From a virus: a DNA stretch of 64,000 bases. The position numbers were made by a program, and so were the translations under genes. Location of the stretch: UHGV virus genome UHGV-0242533; one strand, given 5' to 3'. Of the stretch, positions 46,334-57,277 are shown in pieces; positions within the stretch are counted from its first letter, which is position 1, and each line of letters begins with the position of its first letter. The notes below the pieces were generated by a model. It saw only the letters and a list, made by a program, of their open reading frames with translations, did not search any database and was not told the origin of the DNA.

Positions 46334-49300
46334 TCACTCCTTAGGTCGAACTCTTACACGGAGTCTTGATTGACGCTTACTGCGTTCAAGCTTCTCTGAC
46401 AATGAGCCACGTTTAATCTTCGGCTTCCCTTCGTCATTAAACTTCTCCAAGAACTGCAAGTACTCAGTACGATTCGTTGTCTTGTAAGAAGGAATCTTAA
46501 TATCAGGGTTCTCTTCAATCACACGTCTCATCTTCGCTACATCATCCCTACCAAGCAACTTACTCTTAGCCTGTTCAGCTGTAGAACCAAAGATCTTCTC
46601 CAGTGCTCTGGATTTGTTACCACCTGCGGAAGAAGCACCAAGTTTAGCAATGGCAGAATAATCATCAGCACTAAACCAAGCTACTGGATTATCACCATAC
46701 TTCTTCTTGTTTTCAGCAGCAGTCTGCAATGCACGTACAAAGCGACGGTTGTTACCAGCCTTATCTGCACCATGAACTCTGTCTAAAACTTCAGCCACAC
46801 TGACTAACTCATCCAAGCTTTTCCCACTCAAGAAAGCTTTCTCTACTTTATCAGCAAAGACCTCTTCCTGTTGTTTAATGCTTTCCAAGATATCAGAACT
46901 TGCTTGAGATCTTTCATCATCAGGCAGAGCAGAACGAATCTTCTCCATCTCCAATTCTTCCTCTTGCAGTTTCTTAATATCAGAGTCAACCTTCTGAGCT
47001 TCCTCAATAGCCTTCCTAGTATCCGCATCCAAGTTATCAAGCCTGCCTTCAGTATCTCCAGTAACTTTAACAATCTCTTTCTCGATAGGAGTCATTGATT
47101 CATACTTCTTAGCGAATTTCTCAACATCAGCTTCGATACGAGAGCGAGCATTCTGATGTTCAGTCGGAGTCATAGGCTTCTCAAGAAGTGCATAACGGTT
47201 ATCCATATAGGAACCAGCAAATGCTTCAGCATCCTCTCTAGATATGCCCTTATCTTCCATAGTACGCATCAGGCGGCGATGAATGTCATCACGTTGACGT
47301 TGTACTGCCATAAGGTCATTCTCACGCTCTTGGGCTGCTTTAAGCTCTTCACTGCGCTTAACTCTCTTGTCCACATCAAACTTACGATTCATCTCTTCCG
47401 CTTGCTCATACATCTTGTTCCACTTAGCCTGACGAGCATCTTCCTCTGCATCAGTTAAACGACGCTGACGATCAAGGTAATCTGACTCGGCGTTATGGAT
47501 ACGTTCAATGTAACTACGGAACTTCTCTGGAGGAACTGGAGAGTTCTTATCATGGTGAGCAGCCAACTGTTTCAATGTACGAGATTCCTGAGCCTCACGA
47601 ACAGGTTTAGGTAAACCTTCCATCATCTTCTCAATCTCACTCTTCTGAGCTGCAATAGCCTCGAGAGTTTTACGTTCATTCTCAACAGCAGCCTTAGCAT
47701 CTGAACGAGCCTGAGCTTTATTTTTCAGAGTAGCAAGACGTTCTTCACGAGCCTGTATGTGTTTAGCAAAAGCTTCGTACTGAGAATTCTTGTTAGCTCT
47801 GTTGAAGGCATTCACTTCTCTGTTATAGGTATTAATAAACCCATCCCAAATATCCTTCATCTGACCAACTTCCAAAGCCTCTTCCCTACCAGCCTTCTCT
47901 GAAGATTTAAACTTCCCATCTACAAAGTCATTCATCAGCTTACGCATAGCATCTTTCTGAGCAGGACGTAAAGGTTCTGAATCAATCAAAGCATCAATCT
48001 CAGACTGAAGTTCTTTCTTCTGGTCAACCAGTTTAGGAGCATCTTTCTTATCAAAAGCTTTGTTCTCTTCTAGAGCTTGTTGATACAGCCTATCAAACTC
48101 ATCCTCACGCTGCTTCTGATACAACCTTTCTGCACGACGTTTCAGACTATCCAAGTTAGTTACGTTCCCACCTAAACCTTTCTCTTCAGCACGTAATGCC
48201 TTAGTAGCAATGTCTTCTGGTAGGCCACGTGCCTTAACCCATTCAGCAAAATTAGTTCGTACAGTATTATTCTTAGCAGTAGCAATGCCTTGCTGAGAAG
48301 CTAGCTGATTACGAGCCATTTCTTCATGACGTTCAGTGTTGATAGCATTGTCTTCCTGACGAATACGACGCATCAATTCCTTAGGGTCACCTTTATAAGC
48401 CAAGAAGTTTTCAGCAGTAGCTTTAGCCTTAGCAGCCTTAGAGTACAGAGAACGAGCAAAGCGTTCTGCACGATCTTTAGTAGCCTGACGAGCAGCACTA
48501 GACATAGCAGCTAAACGTTCTACACCACTTGCCGGTTTAACGTCCTGTACAGCTTCCTTAGGAGCTTTAGGAGCACGGGCAGGTAATGGCTCAGCTTTGA
48601 TTGTTGGTTCCTCTACGGTCGATTCTGGAGCTTGTGCGGCCTCTTCTTGAGCACGACGCTGTTCCACCTGTTTAACTGCACGTCTTTGAGCAACTAAATC
48701 ACGAGCCGTAAGAGGGGCTTCTTGAGGAGCAGAAGAAGGAAGATTTTCTTCCGTCACAGTACTAGAAGAAGGCTCCCGAACCGGTTCGGTTTCTACGTCA
48801 TTTTGCGTCTTAAATTTAATGTCATCAACAACTGGTTCTTCTTCCATCTTAGCACGAGCTTCATCAGCAGCAGATTTAGCACGAGCAACTTCCAAATCAC
48901 CACGAGCAAGAGAGCGGATAGCTTCACTGTTAGATTCTTGTTGCTTAACACGTTGGGAACGAGCACGCTGGGAAGAGAAGCGATTCAGAGCATATTTAGC
49001 AGCACCCAGTGTGTTCATGACCAGACTAGGTGAAGAAGCCTCACGGAAGCCATCATCAGTCAGGGAAGTCCAGCCACGATCTTGGTTGCTCATGAACTTA
49101 GCTGTATTGTTCAGAGTGTAAGCATCTTGGATAGGATTAAAACCTTCAGGCATACCTTTCAGTTTCTTCAACCCACCGATAGCTTTCTTCATCTCTGGAG
49201 AAACATTATCAGCCATCTTCTGTAGTTCAGCAGCTTTCTCTACAAAGTTATTAAAGTCTTCACCATCACGAGCTTTGAATCGATTTGCTTCATTGTAGAA

Positions 49301-50641
49301 AGTCTTGTAGGCATCAATGAAGTCACGGTCAGCTTGTGTACGATTCTTAATATCGATCGGACTACCAGTAAAATCACCAGAAGCTCGGAGAGAAGTTAAT
49401 TCACGATCTAGGTTATCCAGAACATCTGTAAGAGCTTTCGTGTTGTCTTTGGTGTAGTCAGCCATTGCATCCTTCATAGCAACAGCCTGCTTCTGGTTGT
49501 GCTCATTATCAGCGAAGGCTTTACCACGAGTCTTAGCCGGAGAAGCTAAAGGGTTAAGGCCCGGAATGTTGGAATGTTCTTTCTGAACAGAAGCAGCTTT
49601 CTCAGCACGAGCTTGGTCAGTATTAAGAATACGCTGAGCAGCAGGAGAATCTACAGCAACAGCATCTGTGATACGGAATCCGTTCTCGTCGAGAAGGTTC
49701 AGAGCAGAAGCAGCATTAGCAGTTTCAGCTTTAGAGTAAGCCTCTTTCAATTCATCAATATTTTTAGCACTACGAATCAGTTCGTCATCAGCAGCAATAT
49801 CAGTCTTCGCATACTCTGGAGTGTTCTTGAAGACAGCAGAATTCGGACGGCTAATCAAACCATGAACACCACCAACTGCACCACCAAATGCAGCACCCAT
49901 AGCCCCTTCTTCGATAACACCTTCCAATGTCTTAGCTAGATCATTGTCATCACCATACTTGTTCTGAACTTCAGCAGCACCAACAAGAGCACCGCCTTTA
50001 GCACCAGCAACTGCGTTACTAGCAACGTTCTGACCAATACGACCAAGAGCTGATTCAGCTGTCCCAACAGCACCCGGAAGGATTCTTTGAGCTGCATAGT
50101 TAGCACCACCAACTAAGGCTGCATCTAGAACAGACTTACCTTCTCCCTCTTCAGGGGTTTGGTCTGCATACGCACGACCGGTCTCACGACCTGCGATGAT
50201 AGCAGCGGCAGCTAATGGGTTAGCAACTGTCAGACCAATGTCGGCAACCACCCCAGCATACTGACCAGCAGATTTACCAATCCCATCCTCAATCTTATCC
50301 ATACGTTCTTTCAAGAGATTTTGAGCGTTCTCTTGCATACGCTTCCCGTAACCGGTTTGTGCTCCAGTTAGATCTTCACCAATCTCAACTAAGCCTCCAA
50401 TACCCCTAGCAAGATTAGCAGAGATGTTAGCACTGCCGGACTGAAGAGCATTTGACACACCTTGAGCAAACTCACCTATAGCACCACGTTCTTCTTGTTG
50501 TGGTTGTGCTACTGGCTGTTCCTCAGGAATAGAGCCACCTGCTGCCTTATATTGTTCTCTCATTCGAGCTTGTTGCTCCGGAGAGGCATTCAGATACGCA
50601 GGAGCTTTGGAAGCTTCTTCCCACGGTTTAATGTTAGCCAT
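46334..50641 (-). CDS. large virion protein (1436 aa), internal core/ejection-protein-like
   Basis: True start ATG at 50641 (MANIKPW) with AAGGAG RBS; the track start at 50686 lies inside the promoter element; long helical A/K/E-rich regions. Confidence 0.8.
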   Translation of the reverse strand: MANIKPWEEASKAPAYLNASPEQQARMREQYKAAGGSIPEEQPVAQPQQEERGAIGEFAQGVSNALQSGSANISANLARGIGGLVEIGEDLTGAQTGYGKRMQENAQNLLKERMDKIEDGIGKSAGQYAGVVADIGLTVANPLAAAAIIAGRETGRAYADQTPEEGEGKSVLDAALVGGANYAAQRILPGAVGTAESALGRIGQNVASNAVAGAKGGALVGAAEVQNKYGDDNDLAKTLEGVIEEGAMGAAFGGAVGGVHGLISRPNSAVFKNTPEYAKTDIAADDELIRSAKNIDELKEAYSKAETANAASALNLLDENGFRITDAVAVDSPAAQRILNTDQARAEKAASVQKEHSNIPGLNPLASPAKTRGKAFADNEHNQKQAVAMKDAMADYTKDNTKALTDVLDNLDRELTSLRASGDFTGSPIDIKNRTQADRDFIDAYKTFYNEANRFKARDGEDFNNFVEKAAELQKMADNVSPEMKKAIGGLKKLKGMPEGFNPIQDAYTLNNTAKFMSNQDRGWTSLTDDGFREASSPSLVMNTLGAAKYALNRFSSQRARSQRVKQQESNSEAIRSLARGDLEVARAKSAADEARAKMEEEPVVDDIKFKTQNDVETEPVREPSSSTVTEENLPSSAPQEAPLTARDLVAQRRAVKQVEQRRAQEEAAQAPESTVEEPTIKAEPLPARAPKAPKEAVQDVKPASGVERLAAMSSAARQATKDRAERFARSLYSKAAKAKATAENFLAYKGDPKELMRRIRQEDNAINTERHEEMARNQLASQQGIATAKNNTVRTNFAEWVKARGLPEDIATKALRAEEKGLGGNVTNLDSLKRRAERLYQKQREDEFDRLYQQALEENKAFDKKDAPKLVDQKKELQSEIDALIDSEPLRPAQKDAMRKLMNDFVDGKFKSSEKAGREEALEVGQMKDIWDGFINTYNREVNAFNRANKNSQYEAFAKHIQAREERLATLKNKAQARSDAKAAVENERKTLEAIAAQKSEIEKMMEGLPKPVREAQESRTLKQLAAHHDKNSPVPPEKFRSYIERIHNAESDYLDRQRRLTDAEEDARQAKWNKMYEQAEEMNRKFDVDKRVKRSEELKAAQERENDLMAVQRQRDDIHRRLMRTMEDKGISREDAEAFAGSYMDNRYALLEKPMTPTEHQNARSRIEADVEKFAKKYESMTPIEKEIVKVTGDTEGRLDNLDADTRKAIEEAQKVDSDIKKLQEEELEMEKIRSALPDDERSQASSDILESIKQQEEVFADKVEKAFLSGKSLDELVSVAEVLDRVHGADKAGNNRRFVRALQTAAENKKKYGDNPVAWFSADDYSAIAKLGASSAGGNKSRALEKIFGSTAEQAKSKLLGRDDVAKMRRVIEENPDIKIPSYKTTNRTEYLQFLEKFNDEGKPKIKRGSLSEKLERSKRQSRLRVRVRPKE

Positions 50642-50679
50642 AACGTCTCCTTTTATAAATAAAAATGTCCTACCCCCTA

Positions 50680-50688
50680 TATACATTA
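50680..50688 (-). promoter_or_regulatory. phage-type promoter element TAATGTATA
   Basis: Exact 9-mer on minus strand 38 nt upstream of ATG 50641. Confidence 0.45.
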
Positions 50689-50708
50689 TAGAAGGCAGGA
50701 CTTAGGTC

Positions 50709-52364
50709 TTATTGAGTGAACCAGCTAGTGTCTTCGACAGCCGATAAAGCACCATTAAGCTTAGGATTGGTTGCTGCACCACCAACAGATTCTTCTGCTT
50801 GTTCAGAGAAAACACCGAGTGGGTCATAGAAACCGCCAGAAGGGATTGCACGGTTGACCAATGCAGTAGCCCTCTTCTTATCCATACCAGAACCGATGTA
50901 CGCTTCGATAGTAGCTTTCTTAGCATCAGCAACACCTTTCATTGCAGAGGTGTGACCAACGTTAGCCTGCTTACGAGCATAAGAAAGAGCAGCATCAGTA
51001 GGACGCCATCCTGACTTCAGCGCAAACTTGTTACCAACACGAACAAAGATTGATGGGTCTTCTGCAAAATGTCCCAAGTCTTCTTCAGTAAGAGAACGAG
51101 TAGCACCGATTTCAGCCCTTGCGGAGTTCATGATAGCCTGCATGTAAGCAGAGCGAGCTGTCTGATAGTCTTTCTCTTTAACTGCTTTGTCAGCCAAATC
51201 CAAGTCTTTGTTGGACTGGTTAAACAGACCACCTTTCTCTGCCCACTGCTTAGCAACTGTGCCTTCAGCTGTGTTCTGAGCAAGACGAACTTCTTTCGGG
51301 TTAAAGTTAAAACTCTGAGCAGCTTGTTCAGCACGTTCAGCCTTAACCTTATCACGATAACTAATCAACTCTTTCTGACGTTCAAAGTTCATGTCAGCCC
51401 TCTTTTCAGCGGCACGACGAGTTTCATCAGCACGCTCACGCATAGTTTGCTCTTGAATCTGTTGACGTCTATCCCATTCAGCATTTTGTCGTTCTTCACG
51501 AGCAGCATACAGCGCTTCTTTCTGAGCAGGGTCTACAGCTCTCATCTTCAGTAGAGATGGGTCTCCGTTAGCAATAGCAGCTGCAATTGAGTCTTGAGAG
51601 AAGCCTTGTTCAATCAAAGCATCACGGTTAGCTTCCAGTTGCTTCTTAGTCTCATCTTGATTAGCCATTCCCTGACCGATCTGGAAAGCTTCGATAGGAG
51701 ACTTACCTGACATGATTGAAAGACCTACACCCATCAAACCTGTATAGAAGCTAGAGTTCTGATAGAAAGGCTCTTTCTGTAGTTTATTCCAAGCTTCTGA
51801 AGGGTCTTTAGCTTTCGCAACTTGCAAGATATCGTTGTTAACACGTTCCTGATCTTTAGCACGAGTAGCAGCAGCCATCCCATCACCAGTGTCTTGTCCT
51901 TGAGCAAGAGTGTTAATCACACCCTGTGCCTGTTCCACCTGAGAAGGAGTAAACTCCATAGGACCAGCTTCTAACGGTTTAGTAGGAGGTGTTACCGGAA
52001 GAGGGTCACTAGGCATAAGCCCAGCATCCTGTAAACCTTGATCAGTGGATAGGTTAGGGTTAGACGCTACAGGGGCCGGTGCTCCAATATCAATACCCTG
52101 AAGACTGGTAGAAGTTCCTTGATTCTGCTGTTCCATAAGACGTTGCTGAAATCCCGGATTAACCATAGCATTCTGATCTTCTTCTGCCTGAGAGACAAGA
52201 CCCGCAAGAGATGAAGGTACAGCAGGACGTTGATACATAGAAATATCTGCTGTCTGAGTTGGTCTAGCCATATAAGGAGAGGCCGAAGCCGCTCCCGGAT
52301 TAACACCATAGAAAGTATTTCTCGGGTCACGACTTCTGACCTGAGCGTAAGTTGTCTGTTGCAT
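50709..52364 (-). CDS. virion structural protein (551 aa)
   Basis: Long ORF in late block. Confidence 0.75.
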   Translation of the reverse strand: MQQTTYAQVRSRDPRNTFYGVNPGAASASPYMARPTQTADISMYQRPAVPSSLAGLVSQAEEDQNAMVNPGFQQRLMEQQNQGTSTSLQGIDIGAPAPVASNPNLSTDQGLQDAGLMPSDPLPVTPPTKPLEAGPMEFTPSQVEQAQGVINTLAQGQDTGDGMAAATRAKDQERVNNDILQVAKAKDPSEAWNKLQKEPFYQNSSFYTGLMGVGLSIMSGKSPIEAFQIGQGMANQDETKKQLEANRDALIEQGFSQDSIAAAIANGDPSLLKMRAVDPAQKEALYAAREERQNAEWDRRQQIQEQTMRERADETRRAAEKRADMNFERQKELISYRDKVKAERAEQAAQSFNFNPKEVRLAQNTAEGTVAKQWAEKGGLFNQSNKDLDLADKAVKEKDYQTARSAYMQAIMNSARAEIGATRSLTEEDLGHFAEDPSIFVRVGNKFALKSGWRPTDAALSYARKQANVGHTSAMKGVADAKKATIEAYIGSGMDKKRATALVNRAIPSGGFYDPLGVFSEQAEESVGGAATNPKLNGALSAVEDTSWFTQ

Positions 52365-52377
52365 ATTTATCTCCTAA

Positions 52378-53346
52378 TTAAGTACTAGCCAACCCACCGA
52401 TTACACCCCCAGCTAATGCACCCCAAGGCCCAAAGGAAGAGCCAGCTGCTGCACCACTCATAGCTCCACCAAGGAAACCACCTTTGCCACCAGATGTTTT
52501 AGTAGTTGTAGTTTGTCCGAGAGCACCATTAAGTACACCTGCTGCACCGAGTTGGTTATTGATATCTTGCCATCCCCAGTTAGCTGCGTTCTGAGCATTC
52601 TGGTAGGCATTATCATATTCATTCTGTTGTTGCTGTTGTTGCTGCAACCCTGCATTCCATTGATTCATCATTTGTTGTTGAGACAAATTAGCACCCTGCT
52701 GACCTAGGTTAGAAAGGTTAGAACCAATATTGGAAAGACCAGAGAGAGCAGCTGCCTGATTCTGTCTATTACCAGAGAGAATGCTTTCAGCTTGGCTGAT
52801 AGCCGAGTTGTAGGCACTGTTGGTAATGTCTGTTGCTTGACCTTGCATCTGATTCAGAGCATCACCTTGGGCAAAAGACTTAGCCATACGAGCACCTGAG
52901 CCTTGTTGACCAGCAAACTGTTGAGCTAATTGAGGAAGAGCATTACGTGCCAAGTTCTGTTGAACCTGCTCGTTATTAGCTGTAATAGCTGCTTGCACAG
53001 CGTCATCATCATACAGCTGACCAGCGAGAGCACCAATTTGTTCTCCAGTAATCCCACCTTGTCCAGAGAGGCTCTGATAGCCTTTATAGGCATTATCTAG
53101 ATAACCCAAGCCTTGACCTGCTGCATCCATATATTGCTGTGAGAGAGTACCTAGGGCGCCAGATTGTGCTAAGTTGCTAAGTGCCTCTGTCTGGTTGTTA
53201 TTAAACCCTACATTATCTCGATAAACATAATCCCCTGAACTGGTATTACCAATCTGCTTATTGAGTTGGTCAATATACTGTTGAATGTATTCAGGGCGAA
53301 TCATTTGGGAAGTAGTTTTACTTCCGCCTCCACCAAAAAGTGACAT
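52378..53346 (-). CDS. Q/N/G-rich virion protein (paralogue A)
   Basis: Begins MSLFGGGGSKTT; shares start and composition with neighbour. Confidence 0.7.
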   Translation of the reverse strand: MSLFGGGGSKTTSQMIRPEYIQQYIDQLNKQIGNTSSGDYVYRDNVGFNNNQTEALSNLAQSGALGTLSQQYMDAAGQGLGYLDNAYKGYQSLSGQGGITGEQIGALAGQLYDDDAVQAAITANNEQVQQNLARNALPQLAQQFAGQQGSGARMAKSFAQGDALNQMQGQATDITNSAYNSAISQAESILSGNRQNQAAALSGLSNIGSNLSNLGQQGANLSQQQMMNQWNAGLQQQQQQQNEYDNAYQNAQNAANWGWQDINNQLGAAGVLNGALGQTTTTKTSGGKGGFLGGAMSGAAAGSSFGPWGALAGGVIGGLAST

Positions 53347-53358
53347 AGATATTCTCCT

Positions 53359-54411
53359 TTAGTTTGCTCCAAATGCCCCTAAGACACCACCTAAGATATT
53401 ACTACCTGCTGTGGATAACCAGTTAGACTGACCTCTCTGTTGAGAAAGATTAGAACCTCCAATCATAGGACCAGCCATGCCAGATTGCCCACCTGAGTTG
53501 TTATAGGAACTCCAAGCATTCTGAGTCTGTTGGTTAGGAGAGAAAGCGCCCATACGACCTGCAATACCTAAACCAGTGATACCAGCACCTAGGAGCTGTT
53601 GTCCTACGTTAACGCCCGGAGCGGCATTCTTAATTGTATATCCAGCCATTGGACTTACACTATTTAATACATTAAGTTGGTTGTTAAGCTGATTCCATCC
53701 ATACTGCTGAGAGCCAATAGCGTTCTGCCAATTGATATCAGCTTGTGCTTGAGCCTGTTGCTGTTGTAGATTGCCAGCCATAAGTTGATTCTGAATAGCT
53801 TGTTGAGTTGCCTGAACACCTTGAGCACCAAGATTGAGATTCTGTCCAGCTAGACCAGACTGAGCACCAAGCAAACCTCTCTGGAAGTTCTGGTCTTGTT
53901 GCAGGGCACTGATTCCCATATTCTTGCCACTGATAGTACGAGCTAAGTTTGTATTAGCACCGTTCAGAGCAGCACCTTGAGCAGCAGCCCTACGGAGAGA
54001 ACCTGAGTCAGAACCATTTCCGAGAGATACATTAGAAGCTGCTTTACTAGTTGCTTGAGCAAGAGCAGAATTATTTAACCCTTTACTGAAGTTATTAACA
54101 CCCTCGGCTGTCACTCCACCACCATTGACAATATTCTGATACTGCTGGGCAAGGGAATTCAGTTGGTCCAAACCTTGCTGCGTGCGAGGTGTGTACATGT
54201 CAGCCAATTGCTTTTGAGTTGTAGAAGAAGCTAGGTTATTCAGAGCACCCTGTTGGTTACTGTTAAACCCAGCCAGTTGTTGGGAAATAAATCCCTGATC
54301 ATTGTTCTGCATCTTCTGAGCATTAGCAACAATCTGCTTCAGCAATGCATCAACCTGAGAGGAAGGAGCCACTGTGGTTTTGCTAGAAGCTGATTTTCCA
54401 AATAAAGACAT
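53359..54411 (-). CDS. Q/N/G-rich virion protein (paralogue B)
   Basis: Begins MSLFGKSASSKTT. Confidence 0.7.
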   Translation of the reverse strand: MSLFGKSASSKTTVAPSSQVDALLKQIVANAQKMQNNDQGFISQQLAGFNSNQQGALNNLASSTTQKQLADMYTPRTQQGLDQLNSLAQQYQNIVNGGGVTAEGVNNFSKGLNNSALAQATSKAASNVSLGNGSDSGSLRRAAAQGAALNGANTNLARTISGKNMGISALQQDQNFQRGLLGAQSGLAGQNLNLGAQGVQATQQAIQNQLMAGNLQQQQAQAQADINWQNAIGSQQYGWNQLNNQLNVLNSVSPMAGYTIKNAAPGVNVGQQLLGAGITGLGIAGRMGAFSPNQQTQNAWSSYNNSGGQSGMAGPMIGGSNLSQQRGQSNWLSTAGSNILGGVLGAFGAN

Positions 54412-54430
54412 AAGTCCTCCTTAAAGATTA

Positions 54431-55213
54431 TTACTTTACACCAATGCTAGCCAAACGTCTGAGCACTGCTTGTGTTTGTGGACTGTACTGAGAACCTGCT
54501 GCATGTGGTGCACTTGCCCTCTGAACTGTTTGAGAAGTAGGGGGCTTACCAGCAAGCATAGCAGCTACTCCTAATACTGCATTACCAAAGTTCTGTTGAG
54601 GCTTCTGGTCTTCTCCTTCCTGCACTTCATCAGAGTAGAACTCTACCGGATTACCTCCTAAAGCTCCCGTCTTAGAAGCAGTAATCTCCGCCTGAGTTGA
54701 AGCTTGTGCAGCTTTCTCTCTGTCTAGTAAGTCAGGACTAAACTGATTGACTGGTTGGACAGCTTGTAAAGCTCCAATAGGGTTAGCAATCTGAGAAGCT
54801 GCATCACCATAGAAAGGAAGGAAGTGTTTGTTGTTCATAGAGTCAAGGGCCTGAGGAGTAAACCCCCTTTTACCAGCGAACATCTGCTTAGCTCCACCAA
54901 TACCTTCTGAATAACCAACCATTGCTTTCTTAACATCACCATTAAAAGCTTTAAGGTTGTCTCTGATATAGCGAGCACCCATGTCGATATTCTTGGCTGG
55001 GTCAAGCCTGTCTTCTAGTTTATAACCATAATCTTTAGCTAACCCTTTACTGATCTGCATCAAACCAACAGGACCAGTTCCGGAAGCCACCTTAGGACGA
55101 CCACTAGACTCTCTTTGAATTACAGCATGAATCAAAGCAGCTGGGATTCCATACTTCTTTGAAGCCTGTTGAACCATCGGGTCTAGTTCTTCTATACCCA
55201 TTCTAATTGTCAT
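54431..55213 (-). CDS. virion-associated lytic transglycosylase (SLT domain)
   Basis: QRESSGRP...GPVGLMQI...Y motif pattern. Confidence 0.7.
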   Translation of the reverse strand: MTIRMGIEELDPMVQQASKKYGIPAALIHAVIQRESSGRPKVASGTGPVGLMQISKGLAKDYGYKLEDRLDPAKNIDMGARYIRDNLKAFNGDVKKAMVGYSEGIGGAKQMFAGKRGFTPQALDSMNNKHFLPFYGDAASQIANPIGALQAVQPVNQFSPDLLDREKAAQASTQAEITASKTGALGGNPVEFYSDEVQEGEDQKPQQNFGNAVLGVAAMLAGKPPTSQTVQRASAPHAAGSQYSPQTQAVLRRLASIGVK

Positions 55214-55222
55214 AAGTTCTCC

Positions 55223-56257
55223 TTATTGTATGCTTCTAAAAATCTTCCTAGCATCTAGGACTGGAATTTGAAGGGAGATAGCCCCACCACCACCCATATC
55301 GTAGTTCCTATCCCACTGGAACATATATCGACCATACCCTGTACTAAAAGAAGACCCATTCATTATATGAGACCTTGCGTGTTGGAAATACCAACTACCA
55401 GCTTGACCTCTAATTGAACCAGCCCCACTAGTCAGAGGAATCATGGGGTACGTAAGCGTGGTGTTTCCACCGCTCATAGGCATAAATCGGTCAACCATAA
55501 AAGGTGTTCTGTAAGTAGAGAATACACACTGAGACCCGTTAGGTGAGTAAATATTCAATCCACCATTGTGAGTAGGAACTCCAGCTCCATTACAAAACAC
55601 GGCAATCCTTACGTTATTGATTGTTCCTGTCTGGTTATTGTTTCCGTTATCATATGTTCTATTTTGGTAAACACTAATAGTACGACTTCCTGAGTCATAT
55701 AGAAGTCCCTGACCTCCAGACCAGTTAGCAAACACAGAAGCTCTTGACATATCAAAACCACTGATTGCTGGAATTTGCATAGAACCATTAATGTTTCCTT
55801 CCCAAGCCCAAATACATTGACCAACAACTCCAGCATCTGATATAGAGAAGTAATCAGCTGTGTTTGAAAAGGTTATCCCGTAGTTCCTATTAGCTCTAGG
55901 CCATATTTGATATACGTTGAAAGCTACATCAAACAGTGGATTACTTCCGGGATCCATGTTTATACTAACCCTGAAAGTGGTATTGTTCACAACACTGATG
56001 TTACTTACAACATACACATCAGGGACAAGGTTAGGAGGGACTTCCCATTGCCAACACAAAGACCCGGTTGGGACTATAATGATTTGGCCTGAGCCATCCC
56101 ATCCAGAAATAGGGAAATCTCTACTACCTCCATTAAAGTTATAATTGCCACTAACCCTGTTTTTAAATTGAGGGAAAGTAGAATCACTGTCAATAAAAAG
56201 CTCAGCCGGAGAAGCTGGTCCCGGTCCGACTGGCGTTGTCCATATTCCATATGCCAT
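55223..56257 (-). CDS. virion/tail protein (344 aa)
   Basis: ORF in late block. Confidence 0.7.
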   Translation of the reverse strand: MAYGIWTTPVGPGPASPAELFIDSDSTFPQFKNRVSGNYNFNGGSRDFPISGWDGSGQIIIVPTGSLCWQWEVPPNLVPDVYVVSNISVVNNTTFRVSINMDPGSNPLFDVAFNVYQIWPRANRNYGITFSNTADYFSISDAGVVGQCIWAWEGNINGSMQIPAISGFDMSRASVFANWSGGQGLLYDSGSRTISVYQNRTYDNGNNNQTGTINNVRIAVFCNGAGVPTHNGGLNIYSPNGSQCVFSTYRTPFMVDRFMPMSGGNTTLTYPMIPLTSGAGSIRGQAGSWYFQHARSHIMNGSSFSTGYGRYMFQWDRNYDMGGGGAISLQIPVLDARKIFRSIQ

Positions 56258-56258
56258 A

Positions 56259-57227
56259 TTACCAACTCCCTATTCTAATACGGAGTGTACCACTTGCATC
56301 ATAGAAATCGATACGACTACCGTTCATCCAAAGCTGAGAGCTAGAAGTACTACCCAAAACAAAATCACCACCAACCGTAAGACGCCAATTAGTCCCTGAC
56401 ATTGACCCAGCTGTTATCTTATCAGCGGACAAACTTGTAATCTGTGCGCTTGTTATGCTAACGTTATCAATTTGTGCCCACTGAATCCTTGCCGTTGCTA
56501 TCTGAGCCGTTGTGATGACAACGTTAGTAATATCAGCAAACTCCATAACTGCCCTTCCGCCAACTACCTTAAAAGGAGTACTCCCTTCTGTTCCATTGGA
56601 AACAAGGAATTTATCAGCAGTGACTTGGAACTGGCTTACAGAGCCATTGTTTGTTAGTTTTACCCCTGCTGTCTTGCCGTTCACTGTGGAGTTAACGCCC
56701 CAAGTAGCTTCGTATTCAGTAAGCTTCATATACTGAGATGCACTACCTGTTCCGTTTGTCAGATCAGATTGAATAAGAGCTATCTCTTGTCCTTGGTCAT
56801 TAACAATGCCTTCAACAGTCTGTATAGATGCTGTGTTACCTTCTATAGAAGTTTTAATACCAGACATAGTTGAATCTAATTTGACAGGGGGGCTAACTGA
56901 ATTATCCCAAATATCATCGGTGGATAGGTTACCCATTTGTGTTATGATATCTGCAATGGCAGTCTCAATCTCTGTCGTAACACGGTTCTCTAGTTCATCA
57001 AATTGCAAATTCATAGCATGAAGAGCTTTAATACGAACATCAATCTCCTCATGGATTTCATCTATAGCTTGGAACATTTGATTGGTTGCAGTACTGATAT
57101 TCTGGAGTTCATCATATATCGCAACGTTGTTAGTTTCTACACTCTCAGAGGTGTTTAGAAATCCCACACTATAAGGTTGTGTTGTGTTGTTTCTTCCGGT
57201 ATTCTTACGAAAGCCACCAGCACCCAT
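56259..57227 (-). CDS. virion/tail protein (322 aa)
   Basis: ORF in late block. Confidence 0.7.
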   Translation of the reverse strand: MGAGGFRKNTGRNNTTQPYSVGFLNTSESVETNNVAIYDELQNISTATNQMFQAIDEIHEEIDVRIKALHAMNLQFDELENRVTTEIETAIADIITQMGNLSTDDIWDNSVSPPVKLDSTMSGIKTSIEGNTASIQTVEGIVNDQGQEIALIQSDLTNGTGSASQYMKLTEYEATWGVNSTVNGKTAGVKLTNNGSVSQFQVTADKFLVSNGTEGSTPFKVVGGRAVMEFADITNVVITTAQIATARIQWAQIDNVSITSAQITSLSADKITAGSMSGTNWRLTVGGDFVLGSTSSSQLWMNGSRIDFYDASGTLRIRIGSW

Positions 57228-57237
57228 AGACCCTCCT

Positions 57238-57275
57238 TATAATAAACAAGAAAAGGGAGCACGAAGCTCCCTTGT
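57238..57275 (-). terminator. rho-independent terminator
   Basis: Minus-strand AACAAGGGAGC-TTCG-TGCTCCCTTTTCTTGTT. Confidence 0.55.
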
Positions 57276-57277
57276 TA

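Noticed and set aside
46843-52707. Many short ORFs on either strand inside the late structural genes (for example 46871, 47156, 48326, 48722, 49574, 51069, 52513)
   Set aside because: All are embedded in or antisense to long, RBS-supported structural genes; typical six-frame noise.
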